A stretch of 64,000 bases of DNA, from contig JBEPVF010000003.1 in NCBI GenBank assembly GCA_041691135.1, positions 64,001-128,000 on the forward strand, read 5' to 3'. The notes under the pieces are model-generated. The model ran no database searches, was not told where the DNA came from, and saw nothing but the letters and a program-made list of their open reading frames with translations. The stretch is from Candidatus Peribacteria bacterium (lineage in GTDB: Bacteria > Patescibacteriota > Gracilibacteria > Peribacterales > Peribacteraceae). This document shows positions 27,893 to 37,529 of this stretch, one piece after another (the first letter of the stretch is position 1; each line of letters opens with the position of its first letter). A program made the position numbers and the translations under genes.

Positions 27893-28936
27893 ATGGTGAT
27901 TCAGCGGATACAGACGGAGCCGGTGACGCAGCCTGAAAAGACGAGTGCGGATACGAATGTGTTTGAACAATCGTTGCGGCCGCGGATGCTGAGCGAGTAC
28001 ATCGGGCAGGGGAGGATCAAAGGCCATTTGTTGCTGCACATTCAGGCGGCCAAAGCGCGTAAGGAGCCGCTGGGACATATTCTGCTCAATGGTCCGCCAG
28101 GGCTGGGCAAGACGACGCTGGCGCACATCATGGCGCGTGAGATGGAATCGCAGATCCGGATTACCAGCGGGCCGGTGCTCGAAAAACCGGGTGATCTGGC
28201 ATCCATCCTCACTAATCTGCAGGCCGGCGATGTGTTATTCATCGACGAAATTCACCGTCTGCGGCCGGTGGTGGAAGAGATGCTGTACTCCGCGATGGAA
28301 GATTGTGCGTTGGATCTGGTGATCGGCAAAGGGCCGACTGCACGATCGATGCGGCTCACGCTTCAGCCGTTCACACTCATCGGTGCCACCACCAAAGCCG
28401 GAGCCATCAGCGCGCCGTTGCGTGATCGCTTTCTGCATCAGTATAAGTTGTCGTTCTACGATTTAAATGAGATGGAATTGATCGTCGAACGGAGCGCCGC
28501 CATTCTCTCGATCTCGTTTGAAGAAAAAGCGGCCCGGCGCATTGCCCAGAGCAGCCGCTCAACGCCGCGCATCGCCAACCGTTTGATCCGCGCCGTGCGC
28601 GATTTTGCACAGGTGGCCGGAAAGTCGCTCGTCGATCGTGCATCGGTCGAGACGACACTCGACGCGCTTGAAATCGATGCCGAAGGGTTGGATGCCACAG
28701 ACCGCGCACTGCTCCTTTCGATTGTCGACAGCTTCGGTGGCGGACCGGTAGGTCTCTCGACACTTGCTGCGGTACTTGCCGAGGAAGAGCAGACGATTGA
28801 AGACGTGTATGAGCCGTACTTGATGCAGCAGGGGTATCTGCAGCGCACGCCGAAGGGTCGCATTGCGACGAGGAAAACATTTGAAAAACTGGGCAGAAAG
28901 TTGCCGGAGGGAGCGCAGGCGAGCCTGTTTGTGTGA
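27893..28936 (+). CDS. ruvB: Holliday junction helicase RuvB
   Basis: LRP..LSEYIGQ, GPPGLGKTT, FIDEIHRL, TPRIANRL. Confidence 0.97.
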   Translation: MVIQRIQTEPVTQPEKTSADTNVFEQSLRPRMLSEYIGQGRIKGHLLLHIQAAKARKEPLGHILLNGPPGLGKTTLAHIMAREMESQIRITSGPVLEKPGDLASILTNLQAGDVLFIDEIHRLRPVVEEMLYSAMEDCALDLVIGKGPTARSMRLTLQPFTLIGATTKAGAISAPLRDRFLHQYKLSFYDLNEMELIVERSAAILSISFEEKAARRIAQSSRSTPRIANRLIRAVRDFAQVAGKSLVDRASVETTLDALEIDAEGLDATDRALLLSIVDSFGGGPVGLSTLAAVLAEEEQTIEDVYEPYLMQQGYLQRTPKGRIATRKTFEKLGRKLPEGAQASLFV

Positions 28937-28971
28937 AGAAGAAACCGACGGAACCGAAGAAGTCGAGGATT

Positions 28972-30078
28972 TTATTTCATCGTGTTCTTCACTTCTTGCT
29001 TTATTGCCTCCTCGAATTTCTTACGAGAGAACTCTTTGGCGTGAGCGTGCAAAGTTGCGGGATCGAAGAGGGATCGATCGAAAGTGTAGATGGCATGTGC
29101 CAGTGACTCGGCGGTCGGCTCGTCGAAGAAGATACCGGTTTTCGGTATCACGGTTTCCTTAGCGCCGCCGCGGCCGTAGGCGATCACCGGTGTGCCGCAG
29201 GCCATGGATTCGAGCGGTACCAAGCCAAAATCTTCTTCGCCGGGAAACAGGGTTGCCGTGGCGTTGGCGTAGAGGTTCCTCAGCTCTTCATGTGATCGGT
29301 AGCCAAGGAATTCGATCGTCGGTCCGGCGAGACGCTTGAGCGCGGGTAACGCCGGGCCTTCGCCGACGATTTTCAGTGGCAGCTTCAGTTGGTTACATGC
29401 AGCGATGGCCAGATCGATGCGTTTGTAATCGGCGAGCGTTGAGACGATGAGAAAATATAATGCAGGCTTCTGGTCTCTCGCTTCTGGCTTTTGCTCCAGC
29501 CATGCATCATCGATAGGCGGGTGCACCACCGTGGATTCGCGTCGCCAGTACAGCTCGATGCGCCGTTGTACTTCCTTTGATGGAGCAAGTAATGCGTCCG
29601 GTCGATCAGCCGCTTCGCTGTCCCAGATACGGAGGCGATGGAACGTTCGAGAGAGATACCAGCGTTTGAGCCGGCCGAAGAGGCCGTGACCTGCGCGTTC
29701 CTGTACATCGTGCGTGCGGTCCCACAGATAGCGGGCAGGGGATTGGACATAGCACAGGTGCTTGGGTTGTCCGTTGGTGATGATGCCGTGAGTGAAGGCC
29801 GATGACGACGAGATCACCAGCTCAAAGTCAGAAAAATCCCACGCTTCCACAGCGGCAGGAAAATGCTTCAGATATAGATGATGGTTGGTTGAGAGCCAGG
29901 CCCATTTCTGCAGTTTGCTGGTTACGACTCGATCCTTGGGAAACCACTCGCCCAGCTTTTGCTCGTCGTACAGCAGCGTGTAAATCGGTGCGTCGGGGTA
30001 CATGTCGGCGAGCACGCGTAGAACTCGCTCGGCACCGCCGCGCATGGTCAAGAGTTCGTGGACGAGGGCTACTTTCAT
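28972..30078 (-). CDS. Glycosyltransferase family 4
   Basis: RGGAERVL, YKRIDLAI, EEDFGLVPLESMACGTPV. Confidence 0.93.
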   Translation of the reverse strand: MKVALVHELLTMRGGAERVLRVLADMYPDAPIYTLLYDEQKLGEWFPKDRVVTSKLQKWAWLSTNHHLYLKHFPAAVEAWDFSDFELVISSSSAFTHGIITNGQPKHLCYVQSPARYLWDRTHDVQERAGHGLFGRLKRWYLSRTFHRLRIWDSEAADRPDALLAPSKEVQRRIELYWRRESTVVHPPIDDAWLEQKPEARDQKPALYFLIVSTLADYKRIDLAIAACNQLKLPLKIVGEGPALPALKRLAGPTIEFLGYRSHEELRNLYANATATLFPGEEDFGLVPLESMACGTPVIAYGRGGAKETVIPKTGIFFDEPTAESLAHAIYTFDRSLFDPATLHAHAKEFSRKKFEEAIKQEVKNTMK

Positions 30079-30236
30079 TGCAGATATACTATCGATCAAC
30101 GTCTGATATTCCTATGACGTTCCTTTACACAGCTTTCTGCGCAAAACAGACATTGCTCACATTGCTCGCTCCCATTCTTATATAACCGATATATTGTCCA
30201 ACTTGAGCAAAAAAAGCCCCACTGGAGAGGCAAAGG

Positions 30237-30311
30237 TGGTGGGTCAGGTGGGATTTGAACCCACGGCCAATGCCTTAAAAGGGCACTGCTCTACCGCTGA
30301 GCTACTGACCC
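30237..30311 (-). tRNA. tRNA-Lys(TTT)
   Basis: GGGTCAG...CTGACCCACCA, anticodon loop CTTTTAA. Confidence 0.96.
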
Positions 30312-30379
30312 ATGTACATGGAGCCAGCAAACTATAAAGCATCGCGCCTTGAATACAACCTTCTGTATCCTCTATTTAT

Positions 30380-31144
30380 ATGATCGATTCCCATTGTCAT
30401 TTAGCCGATGCAAAATTTGAGTCGGATTTGTTGCAGGTACTGGAACGTGCCAAGGACCGAGGCGTAACGCAGATGATCACCATCGCCGATTCCGTGGCGG
30501 AATCTGAAAAGTGTGTGGACCTGGCGCGGCGTTACAAACAACTGTTCTGCGCTGTCGGCGTGCATCCGCACCATGCCTCGCAGTGGAATGATGACGCTGA
30601 GCGGCGACTGCTAGCGCTGACGACCTATTCCGATCGGGTGAAGGCGGTGGGGGAGATTGGGCTCGATTATCACTATGATTTTTCGCCGCGTGATGTGCAG
30701 CGCGATGCCTTTATCGCGCAGCTCAAATTTGCCGGCTGCGAAGGATTTCCTGTCGTCGTGCATTGCCGCGAAGCAATTGAAGATGTGCGACAGATTGTCG
30801 AGCAGATCAAACCCGAAAAATTAGTCCTGCACTGCTGCAGCGAGACATTTGCCGATGTCGTCCCGTTACTTGAGCGCGGTTATTTTCTGTCTTTCACCGG
30901 CATTGCCACGTTCCCAAAATCTCAGGATATCCGCGAGACCATCCGGCGTACGCCCATTGAACAGATCATGGTCGAGACCGATGCGCCGTACTTGGCACCT
31001 GTTCCATACCGAGGTAAAAGAAATGAGCCGGCGTACGTAGTGGAAGTGGCCCAGTGTATTGCTGATATCAAGGGTTTGTCCTTGGAAGAAGTGGATGCCA
31101 TCACCACCAAAAATGCGGTAGAGTTCTTCCAATTGCGCTCGTAG
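30380..31144 (+). CDS. tatD: TatD family hydrolase
   Basis: IDSHCHL, GVHPH, GEIGLDY, ETDAPYL, RNEP. Confidence 0.96.
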   Translation: MIDSHCHLADAKFESDLLQVLERAKDRGVTQMITIADSVAESEKCVDLARRYKQLFCAVGVHPHHASQWNDDAERRLLALTTYSDRVKAVGEIGLDYHYDFSPRDVQRDAFIAQLKFAGCEGFPVVVHCREAIEDVRQIVEQIKPEKLVLHCCSETFADVVPLLERGYFLSFTGIATFPKSQDIRETIRRTPIEQIMVETDAPYLAPVPYRGKRNEPAYVVEVAQCIADIKGLSLEEVDAITTKNAVEFFQLRS

Positions 31145-31211
31145 CTCAACTGGATAGAGCGTCGGCCTCCGAAGCCGAAGGTTGTGGGTTCAATTCCCGC
31201 CGAGCGCACCA
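31135..31211 (+). tRNA. tRNA-Arg(CCG)
   Basis: GCGCTCG...CGAGCGCACCA, anticodon loop CTCCGAA. Confidence 0.96.
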
Positions 31212-31370
31212 TTCGGCTTCGCGACGAGGGAGCGACGATCTTGGGGTTGCCTAGGAATGCGTCTGGCCGGCGATCTCGCTACGCCGCAATGGTGTTCGGC
31301 TCACCGGTTTACTAGTTCTAAAACTTCAAATAACCCTTCTGATCTATGCCGCGTAGCCGTATACGATGAA

Positions 31371-31405
31371 GGAGAAGCGGAGTGATTCGAATGCTCCGCT
31401 TCTCC
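31371..31405. terminator. Hairpin terminator between the tRNA-Arg region and the GlsB-family gene
   Basis: GGAGAAGCGGAG...CTCCGCTTCTCC 12-bp stem. Confidence 0.7.
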
Positions 31406-31436
31406 TGAATGTTGTCGATAGCTTTTAATTACTAAG

Positions 31437-31682
31437 TTAGGCTGTTCGTCGGAAGGCGTTGACGATGAACAGCAGTACCACTGCTCCCACTACTGCCGTG
31501 ATGAGCGAGCCGATCAGTCCATAGGTGGTGACACCAAACAGACCGAAGATGTATCCGCCGATCACAGCGCCGATGACGCCGACGACCAGGTTGCCGACGA
31601 GGCCGAAGCCATTGCCGCGCATCAATTCGCCGGCGATCCAGCCGGCTGCAATACCGATGATAAGAAACCAAAGGAGACTCAT
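31437..31682 (-). CDS. GlsB/YeaQ/YmgE family stress-response membrane protein
   Basis: IGIAAGWIA...GNLVVGVIGAVIGG...AVVGAVVLL. Confidence 0.92.
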   Translation of the reverse strand: MSLLWFLIIGIAAGWIAGELMRGNGFGLVGNLVVGVIGAVIGGYIFGLFGVTTYGLIGSLITAVVGAVVLLFIVNAFRRTA

Positions 31683-31866
31683 GGAATAAGGGGGAAGAAA
31701 TCTGATAACACACCCTATGACGCTGCTATGGGCAGGGGATTACCGAATTGCATTTGACATTTCCTTTTGATGAATGTGCAGGTTATTTCGTCCCTAAACG
31801 GTAATAACGGCAAATACAGCAGGACTTGCATCAGATATCAATCCTCCGTAGCATCCTCTGGCTCTT

Positions 31867-31942
31867 GCGGATGTAGCTCAGTTGGTAGAGCGGCGCCTTG
31901 CCAAGGCGCAGGTCGCGGGTTCGAGCCCCGTCATCCGCTCCA
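31867..31942 (+). tRNA. tRNA-Gly(GCC)
   Basis: GCGGATG...CATCCGCTCCA, anticodon loop TTGCCAA. Confidence 0.97.
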
Positions 31943-32115
31943 TCCGGCTTCGCGGAATTCCTCAGAATGTCTTCTAGTTTGTTGAGAAGCTTCTGATCGT
32001 CGATCCCGCTTCGCCCAGATGTCGCTAGTGGAGTTGTCGCGGCGTAGCGGTATCGCCCGCCATGACTCCCTTCTTATTAGCTACAGCATCAATATTATAA
32101 TACCGCGAAGTCGGA
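31943..32115. repeat. Palindrome-bounded spacer between the tRNA-Gly genes
   Basis: TCCGGCTTCGCGG (31943-31955) and CCGCGAAGTCGGA (32103-32115). Confidence 0.7.
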
Positions 32116-32122
32116 CAACTAC

Positions 32123-32196
32123 GCGGGATTAGTACAGTGGTAGTACGCGAGCTTCCCAAGCTTGAGACACGGGTTCGATTCCCGTATCCCGCTCCA
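32123..32196 (+). tRNA. tRNA-Gly(CCC)
   Basis: GCGGGAT...ATCCCGCTCCA, anticodon loop TTCCCAA. Confidence 0.97.
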
Positions 32197-32297
32197 CCCG
32201 GCTTCGCCTGCGGGCTACGCCGAGGTTTCGCAAACTCACGAGAATATAAAAGGCTGGGTGCCTCGGCATAGTCGAGCCGCAGCGAGACGAAGCCGGG
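32197..32297. repeat. REP-like palindrome between tRNA-Gly and the GIY-YIG gene
   Basis: CCCGGCTTCG/CGAAGCCGGG and CTACGCCGAGG/CCTCGGCATAG arms. Confidence 0.8.
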
Positions 32298-32321
32298 CCT
32301 TTTAAGTTAGACTACCCTGCT

Positions 32322-32579
32322 ATGCATTTTGTCTACGTTCTTGAATCGGAAAACAGGCAACATTGGTATTGTGGTATCACAAACAATATTAAACGAAGGC
32401 TAGTTGAACACAATGCAGGTAAAAGTATTCATACGAATAAATTCAAACCATGGACGTTGCGACTCTGTGTGATTTTTAAAGATCGTAAACGCGCGGAAAA
32501 ATTTGAAGATTATTTGAAATCGCATTCGGGAAGGGCCTTCCTGAAGAAGCATCTGCATGAAAGGAGTGAGAATGTTTGA
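32322..32579 (+). CDS. Stand-alone GIY-YIG nuclease
   Basis: FVYVLES...YCGITNNIKRRLVEHN...T.KFKPW...FEDYLKS.SGR. Confidence 0.92.
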   Translation: MHFVYVLESENRQHWYCGITNNIKRRLVEHNAGKSIHTNKFKPWTLRLCVIFKDRKRAEKFEDYLKSHSGRAFLKKHLHERSENV

Positions 32580-32594
32580 GTAGCTGTTACTACC

Positions 32595-32612
32595 TTCCAG
32601 TAGCTCGCTCCA
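32595..32612 (+). repeat. Degenerate tRNA-Gly 3' end copy
   Basis: TTCCAGTAGCTCGCTCCA, 15/18 to the tRNA-Gly(CCC) end. Confidence 0.55.
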
Positions 32613-32745
32613 GACAATTTATGGCAGCAAATAGTTCTGTTCAGCTAACGGAGATTTTTCTTGTTTCGAGGTTGTCTGGAGAATTTTTTAATTGGGAGGA
32701 GGACCTCCCAACCCCTCCCTGGGGCTGAGTCTTGGTCCGAATAAG

Positions 32746-32763
32746 TTCCCATATCCCGCTCCA
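32746..32763 (+). repeat. tRNA-Gly(CCC) 3' end copy
   Basis: TTCCCATATCCCGCTCCA, 17/18. Confidence 0.75.
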
Positions 32764-32867
32764 ACTCTAAACATTTTCTCATCAAGAATTTTGACTAGTT
32801 TTTGCCAAACTCCTCTTACAAGTTTGCACCCATGTACAAGGCAAATACGAATATGTACTCTATTTCT

Positions 32868-33593
32868 ATGAGAAAAATAACCTTCGGTGCCTTAGTTATT
32901 TCCGCAATCATCGTGGCCGCATGTCAGAGTAGCCCGACTTCCGATACGGGAATTGCTTCCAGCTCTCAGGTCAGTTCATTTTCTAATGGATCGTCAAATA
33001 GTTCATCAGTACATGCCGCTTCTTGGAAAACATACACCAATTCTCTGCTGGGTTTCTCTATCCGATACCCAGAGAGTATTTACGTATCTCCCACTGATTG
33101 CTCCGACCCATCTGCCACTATGGCGCTACTCGTTGTGAGTGATGATCCACAGAGGGATCAGATCTATATTGCTCCGGATTACACAATTTCTGGCTCTGAT
33201 TGTAAGAAACAACAGGTAACAATCAATGACCTTAACGGATCGCAAAAAAAACCGATTGCTCTTCCTTTCTGGCGACTTCGCGTGGTGCGCATCGCCGATG
33301 AGGCAGCTCTACGCTACTTCATCGGTAAAGAATTTGGTTCAAGTTGCACAATTGGTAAAAAAACACCAAGTCAGCAAGCTGGCGTGTTTGATGTGGAGAT
33401 CAAAGGAGACGGTAAACCCTTGAGTGAAACGAAGTGTCCAGTCATGGTAAAAGAGGTGCTTAAATACTATCCTGCGACGCAGTCATTAGCTTTTTGGAGC
33501 ATGGGTGAAGAGCCCACCTTCATAGGAGACGCGCAGGGCACAATTATTTATGACTTCGATATGGAAAAATCTTTTCAGTTTATTCAGAAATAG
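32868..33593 (+). CDS. Lipoprotein, PsbP-like
   Basis: Lipobox VAAC, Ser-rich linker, WKTYTNSLLGFSIRYP, MEKSFQF. Confidence 0.75.
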   Translation: MRKITFGALVISAIIVAACQSSPTSDTGIASSSQVSSFSNGSSNSSSVHAASWKTYTNSLLGFSIRYPESIYVSPTDCSDPSATMALLVVSDDPQRDQIYIAPDYTISGSDCKKQQVTINDLNGSQKKPIALPFWRLRVVRIADEAALRYFIGKEFGSSCTIGKKTPSQQAGVFDVEIKGDGKPLSETKCPVMVKEVLKYYPATQSLAFWSMGEEPTFIGDAQGTIIYDFDMEKSFQFIQK

Positions 33594-33672
33594 ATTACCC
33601 CTAATGGGAATGTTCGAACTGGTACCTGATACGTTCTTCTATCCCGTTTTATCCAATTTATTCCTTGTTCAT

Positions 33673-34089
33673 ATGGCGTTTGACGAATTCATAGGAGGGC
33701 AAATCCTGATTTCTGCAGTAACAACAGAAGAGAAAGCAGAAAGACGGGATACCGGATGGGCACTGGATGAAACATATTGGGAAGACCTTGGACGGCAGTA
33801 TGGCAATGAGGCGCTTACTGTCATCCGTGATGCCCGCCATAAACTTGAGCCACAGTTTGGTGCGGCCATGTTCAGCGGAGAATTTGAAGTAATTGTGGAG
33901 CCCACAGGCATGGTTGGACTTCAAATGGCGGATGCAGCGTCACCTCATCGTTCTCCAATTACCATGCATTATGGTCATCTCAACGCCAGTCAGCCTGAAT
34001 TTTGCCAACGCTTTATAAGTCGGGTTCAGAATGATTTTGCCAAACGAGTCATCGCTGCATCCCAAGATCAGTATGAAAAGCACAAATGA
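33673..34089 (+). CDS. Hypothetical protein
   Basis: ORF with start set at MAFDEF; no motif. Confidence 0.55.
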   Translation: MAFDEFIGGQILISAVTTEEKAERRDTGWALDETYWEDLGRQYGNEALTVIRDARHKLEPQFGAAMFSGEFEVIVEPTGMVGLQMADAASPHRSPITMHYGHLNASQPEFCQRFISRVQNDFAKRVIAASQDQYEKHK

Positions 34090-34224
34090 TTCTTGGCTAA
34101 GGATACGGGGTCTGCGGCTCGTCGCGTGTTTTGTAGGTTTAAATCGCCTATAACTACCAAATAACAGCACGCGTGCCCGTATTGAATACTGGCAAGAAAA
34201 CCCGTTTTCTGCTATAATAATTTG

Positions 34225-34614
34225 ATGCTTCGACGTTTTCTCCTTCGGCTGAGTCTGGGCTTCGGATGTGCCTTGGTGCCCTCTGCTGTGTTCGCGCAAT
34301 TCGCCGGTGTGGATGATATTTGTCTGCTCGAACCGATTGGCGGGACGCGCTGCTTTAGTTCCGTGATGCTGAAAGGTCCGTTCGGTCTGTTCGGAGCGTA
34401 TTTCAATTTGATCTACCCGTGGTTCATGGGTGTCGCAGCCGGATTGGCACTTTTGATGGTTCTGACCGGCGGTGTGAATATTATCCAGAGTGGCGGTGAT
34501 CAGTCGGCTCGCCAAAACGGAATCGAGCGCATGAAGTGGGCCATCTTTGGTCTGTTATTCCTGATTTTTGCCAACGTGATTCTCCAGACTCTCAATCCCT
34601 CTTTCTACAAATAA
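34225..34614 (+). CDS. VirB2/TrbC-like pilin
   Basis: Signal peptide, GGVNIIQSGGD...MKWAIFGL...LQTLNP. Confidence 0.8.
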   Translation: MLRRFLLRLSLGFGCALVPSAVFAQFAGVDDICLLEPIGGTRCFSSVMLKGPFGLFGAYFNLIYPWFMGVAAGLALLMVLTGGVNIIQSGGDQSARQNGIERMKWAIFGLLFLIFANVILQTLNPSFYK

Positions 34615-34616
34615 GA

Positions 34617-35222
34617 ATGCGCCGACTCCTGCTGCTAGCGGCTTCGCTTCTGTTCTTCGTTCCTGAGGTATTGTTTGCAGCGGATGATCCCTTGGCTTCG
34701 GTGAAATGTACCGGACTCATCGGTTGTGGCGGAGGGATGGCGAATATCCTGTTGATATCCACTATTCCCGCTATTGCCAAATTACTGCTGCAGCTGGTGG
34801 CGGGTTTGGCCGTGCTGTTCGTCGGGTATTCCGGTTGTATGATCGTCTTCTCGATGGGTGATGAGTCGAAAGTGACCACGGCGCGTACGCAAATTTTGTA
34901 TACGCTTGCCGGCCTGGCTGTCGCCATGTGCGCGGGCACCATCGTCAGCTTGGTTGTGACCGAAAAATACCTGCCGTACAACCCGCCCGGCACGTCTGCT
35001 GTTTTGCTGCTCATCGGTTCGGCAGTCCGCATCGGTGTACTTCTGTTCAATGTTGCCTTCACCGTCATCATCATCTTCGCCGGCATGCGGATGGTCTTGG
35101 CCCAGGGCAAATCGGATGAGTTCGGCAATGCCATGAAGATGCTCACGTATGCAGTGATCGGTGCCATCGTGGTGAACCTGGCCCGGGCCTTGGTTCTTGT
35201 AGTCGCTTTCCTCGGCTTCTAA
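34617..35222 (+). CDS. Pilin with two tandem VirB2-like units
   Basis: YSGCMIVFSMGDE..ARTQILYTLAG and FAGMRMVLAQGKS..AMKMLTYAVIG. Confidence 0.78.
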   Translation: MRRLLLLAASLLFFVPEVLFAADDPLASVKCTGLIGCGGGMANILLISTIPAIAKLLLQLVAGLAVLFVGYSGCMIVFSMGDESKVTTARTQILYTLAGLAVAMCAGTIVSLVVTEKYLPYNPPGTSAVLLLIGSAVRIGVLLFNVAFTVIIIFAGMRMVLAQGKSDEFGNAMKMLTYAVIGAIVVNLARALVLVVAFLGF

Positions 35223-35617
35223 TGCGTTCTGTTCTGCTCTTCCTCGCCGGCTTTCTGCCCCAAAAGGTATTCGCGTACCAGATCGAACAAGTCGGCCGCG
35301 GAGATGGAATCGATGCCATGTGGAGTCAGATCACCAGTATCTTCCCACATATCGAAGGCAACGGCGTCTACTTTATTACAGGTCAGATTATTAACTTCGT
35401 TCTGTTGATGATCGGCGGCGTCGCTGTGGTGGTGATCATTTACGCCGGACTGCAGATGGTCTTGGGCCCCACGGGTGATTCCCGCCTGGCTGACGCCAAG
35501 AAAATGATCATGTACGCGGTCGTCGGTCTTATTTTGGCCCTACTGGGCGACGTGGTCATGGGATTTGTATTGTCATTTTTGAACGGTGCCGCGAGCGGCT
35601 CACCCATTGTAAATTAA
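35222..35617 (+). CDS. VirB2/TrbC-like pilin
   Basis: IIYAGLQMV...AKKMIMYAVVGL. Confidence 0.8.
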   Translation: MRSVLLFLAGFLPQKVFAYQIEQVGRGDGIDAMWSQITSIFPHIEGNGVYFITGQIINFVLLMIGGVAVVVIIYAGLQMVLGPTGDSRLADAKKMIMYAVVGLILALLGDVVMGFVLSFLNGAASGSPIVN

Positions 35618-35723
35618 CGAGTCCTGCGTTCCAGGCTCCTGTTGAGGCGCGGCCTCTTTTTCGTCGCCCCTTATCGGGGAGGAAGATGGTAGAATGTGTT
35701 TTTTCTGCTACTCTCTTGCCCTC

Positions 35724-37247
35724 ATGACCAAGCGTTCGTACGTTACGACGGCAATTGATTACCCCAATGCGGCCCCGCATATGGGCCACGTGCTCGAAAA
35801 AGTGCTGGCTGACGTATGTGCCCGCTGGTTTCGCCTGCGTGGCGACGAGGTGCTGTTCCAAACCGGTACCGATGAACATGGTATCAAGATCCAGCGCACA
35901 GCCGAGAAAGAGGGGATCAGTCCCAAGGAGCTCGTCGATCGCAATGTGCCGCTGTTCCAGGATCTGTATTCACGTCTGAATATTTCATTCGACCGGTTCA
36001 TCCGCACATCGGATCAGAAGATGCACTGGCCCACAGTACAGGCGCTGTGGAATAAGTTGCTGGAGGCGGGCGCTCTCGAAAAGCGAACGTATGTCGGGCT
36101 GTACTGTTCCGGTTGCGAGCAGTTCATGACCAAGCGCGATCTCGTCGATGGCAAATGTCCGATCCATCAGAAAGAGCCGGAAGAAGTGAAGGAGGAGAAC
36201 TGGTTTTTTCGCCTCAAAGATGAGGCCGGCTTCCTCAAGAAATTGCTGTCGAGTGACAAGGGTTATCACATCGTTCCTGATTTCCGGGCCAAGGAGACAT
36301 TTTCGCTCATCGATCAGGGACTGGAAGACGTTTCCTTTTCGCGTCCGCTCTCGAGTCTCTCGTGGGGCGTGCCGGTGCCGAACGATCCGAATCAGGTGAT
36401 GTATGTGTGGTGCGATGCACTCACCAATTACATTTCGGGTCTCGGCTACTTCACCGATCATGAACAGAAAGAATGGTGGGACGATGCCGAAGTGACGCAC
36501 GTGATCGGCAAGGATATTGCCCGTTTCCACGCACTCATTTGGCCGGCGATGCTCCGCAATGCAGGTGTGAAGACGCCCGATCGGTTGCTGATCCATGGCT
36601 TCCTGACGAGTGAAGGCGAAAAGATGAGCAAGTCCATCGGCAACGTCGTCGTGCCCGATGATGTGATCAGCAAGTACGGCATTGATCCGCTGCGCTTCTA
36701 TCTGAGCCACGAAATTCCGGTGGGCAATGATGGCGATTTTTCGTGGAAGCGATTCGGCGAATTGTATGATGCAAAATTGAGGAATCAGCTTGGGAATCTT
36801 CTCAACCGTGTACTGGTACTTCTGAAGAAAGACGACGGCAATCTTACCGCAGGGTCTCATCCGGATCCGGCCTTACTGCTGGATGACTGGAAACGGTACG
36901 CGCAGGCTCTGGAGAATTTTGAACTGTCCATCGCCCTCTCGGTGGCAACCGATCTGGCTGATCGTGGCAACAAGTTCATCGACGTCGAAAAACCGTGGGC
37001 GAAAGAGGCGGACGAAAAAGGAGTAGTGCTGACCCAGTTAGCCGAACTCCTTCGTCATTTGTCGCTCCAACTGCTGCCCTTCATGCCCGAAACAGCGCAC
37101 AAGATCGCCCAACAACTCAATGTTCCCTATGCCGCTCAGATGCTCGAAAAGGACTTTGTTATCACAGATGAACTGAAGCAGTGGGGGAGTCAAAAGCAGT
37201 GGAAGAAGGTGGGGGAGCCGAAGATTCTGTTCGCTCCTGTCGAGTAG
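35724..37247 (+). CDS. metG: Methionine--tRNA ligase
   Basis: YVTTAIDYPN.PHMGH, GTDEHG, YVWCDAL, KMSKS. Confidence 0.97.
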   Translation: MTKRSYVTTAIDYPNAAPHMGHVLEKVLADVCARWFRLRGDEVLFQTGTDEHGIKIQRTAEKEGISPKELVDRNVPLFQDLYSRLNISFDRFIRTSDQKMHWPTVQALWNKLLEAGALEKRTYVGLYCSGCEQFMTKRDLVDGKCPIHQKEPEEVKEENWFFRLKDEAGFLKKLLSSDKGYHIVPDFRAKETFSLIDQGLEDVSFSRPLSSLSWGVPVPNDPNQVMYVWCDALTNYISGLGYFTDHEQKEWWDDAEVTHVIGKDIARFHALIWPAMLRNAGVKTPDRLLIHGFLTSEGEKMSKSIGNVVVPDDVISKYGIDPLRFYLSHEIPVGNDGDFSWKRFGELYDAKLRNQLGNLLNRVLVLLKKDDGNLTAGSHPDPALLLDDWKRYAQALENFELSIALSVATDLADRGNKFIDVEKPWAKEADEKGVVLTQLAELLRHLSLQLLPFMPETAHKIAQQLNVPYAAQMLEKDFVITDELKQWGSQKQWKKVGEPKILFAPVE

Positions 37248-37324
37248 TTGTAATTCTTGTTTGGGAATCTTGATGACGAATCGTTAGGAGTTGACGCTTC
37301 GGCCTCACAACATACAGTTGTCGT

Positions 37325-37412
37325 ACCAGCTACTGTGGTGGCAGCTGGGAGCGTGACTAGTTCAGGATGAACTGTTTATGCGTCCCCCGCACCTTTCGGT
37401 GCGGGGGATTTT
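37325..37412 (+). ncRNA. Candidate ~90-nt sRNA
   Basis: Promoter TTGACG-N16-TACAGT (37291-37318), two hairpins, then 11-bp terminator stem plus TTTT (37383-37412). Confidence 0.5.
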
Positions 37413-37529
37413 GATGCCCTTGATTGCAGCTCTCCATCCATATGCTAGGCTATAGGCAACTCCTACCTTAATGGCGCATGACGCAGTTGCAGGCGAGGGG
37501 TGATTCCATTCTTTTTTCCCCATACTTTT

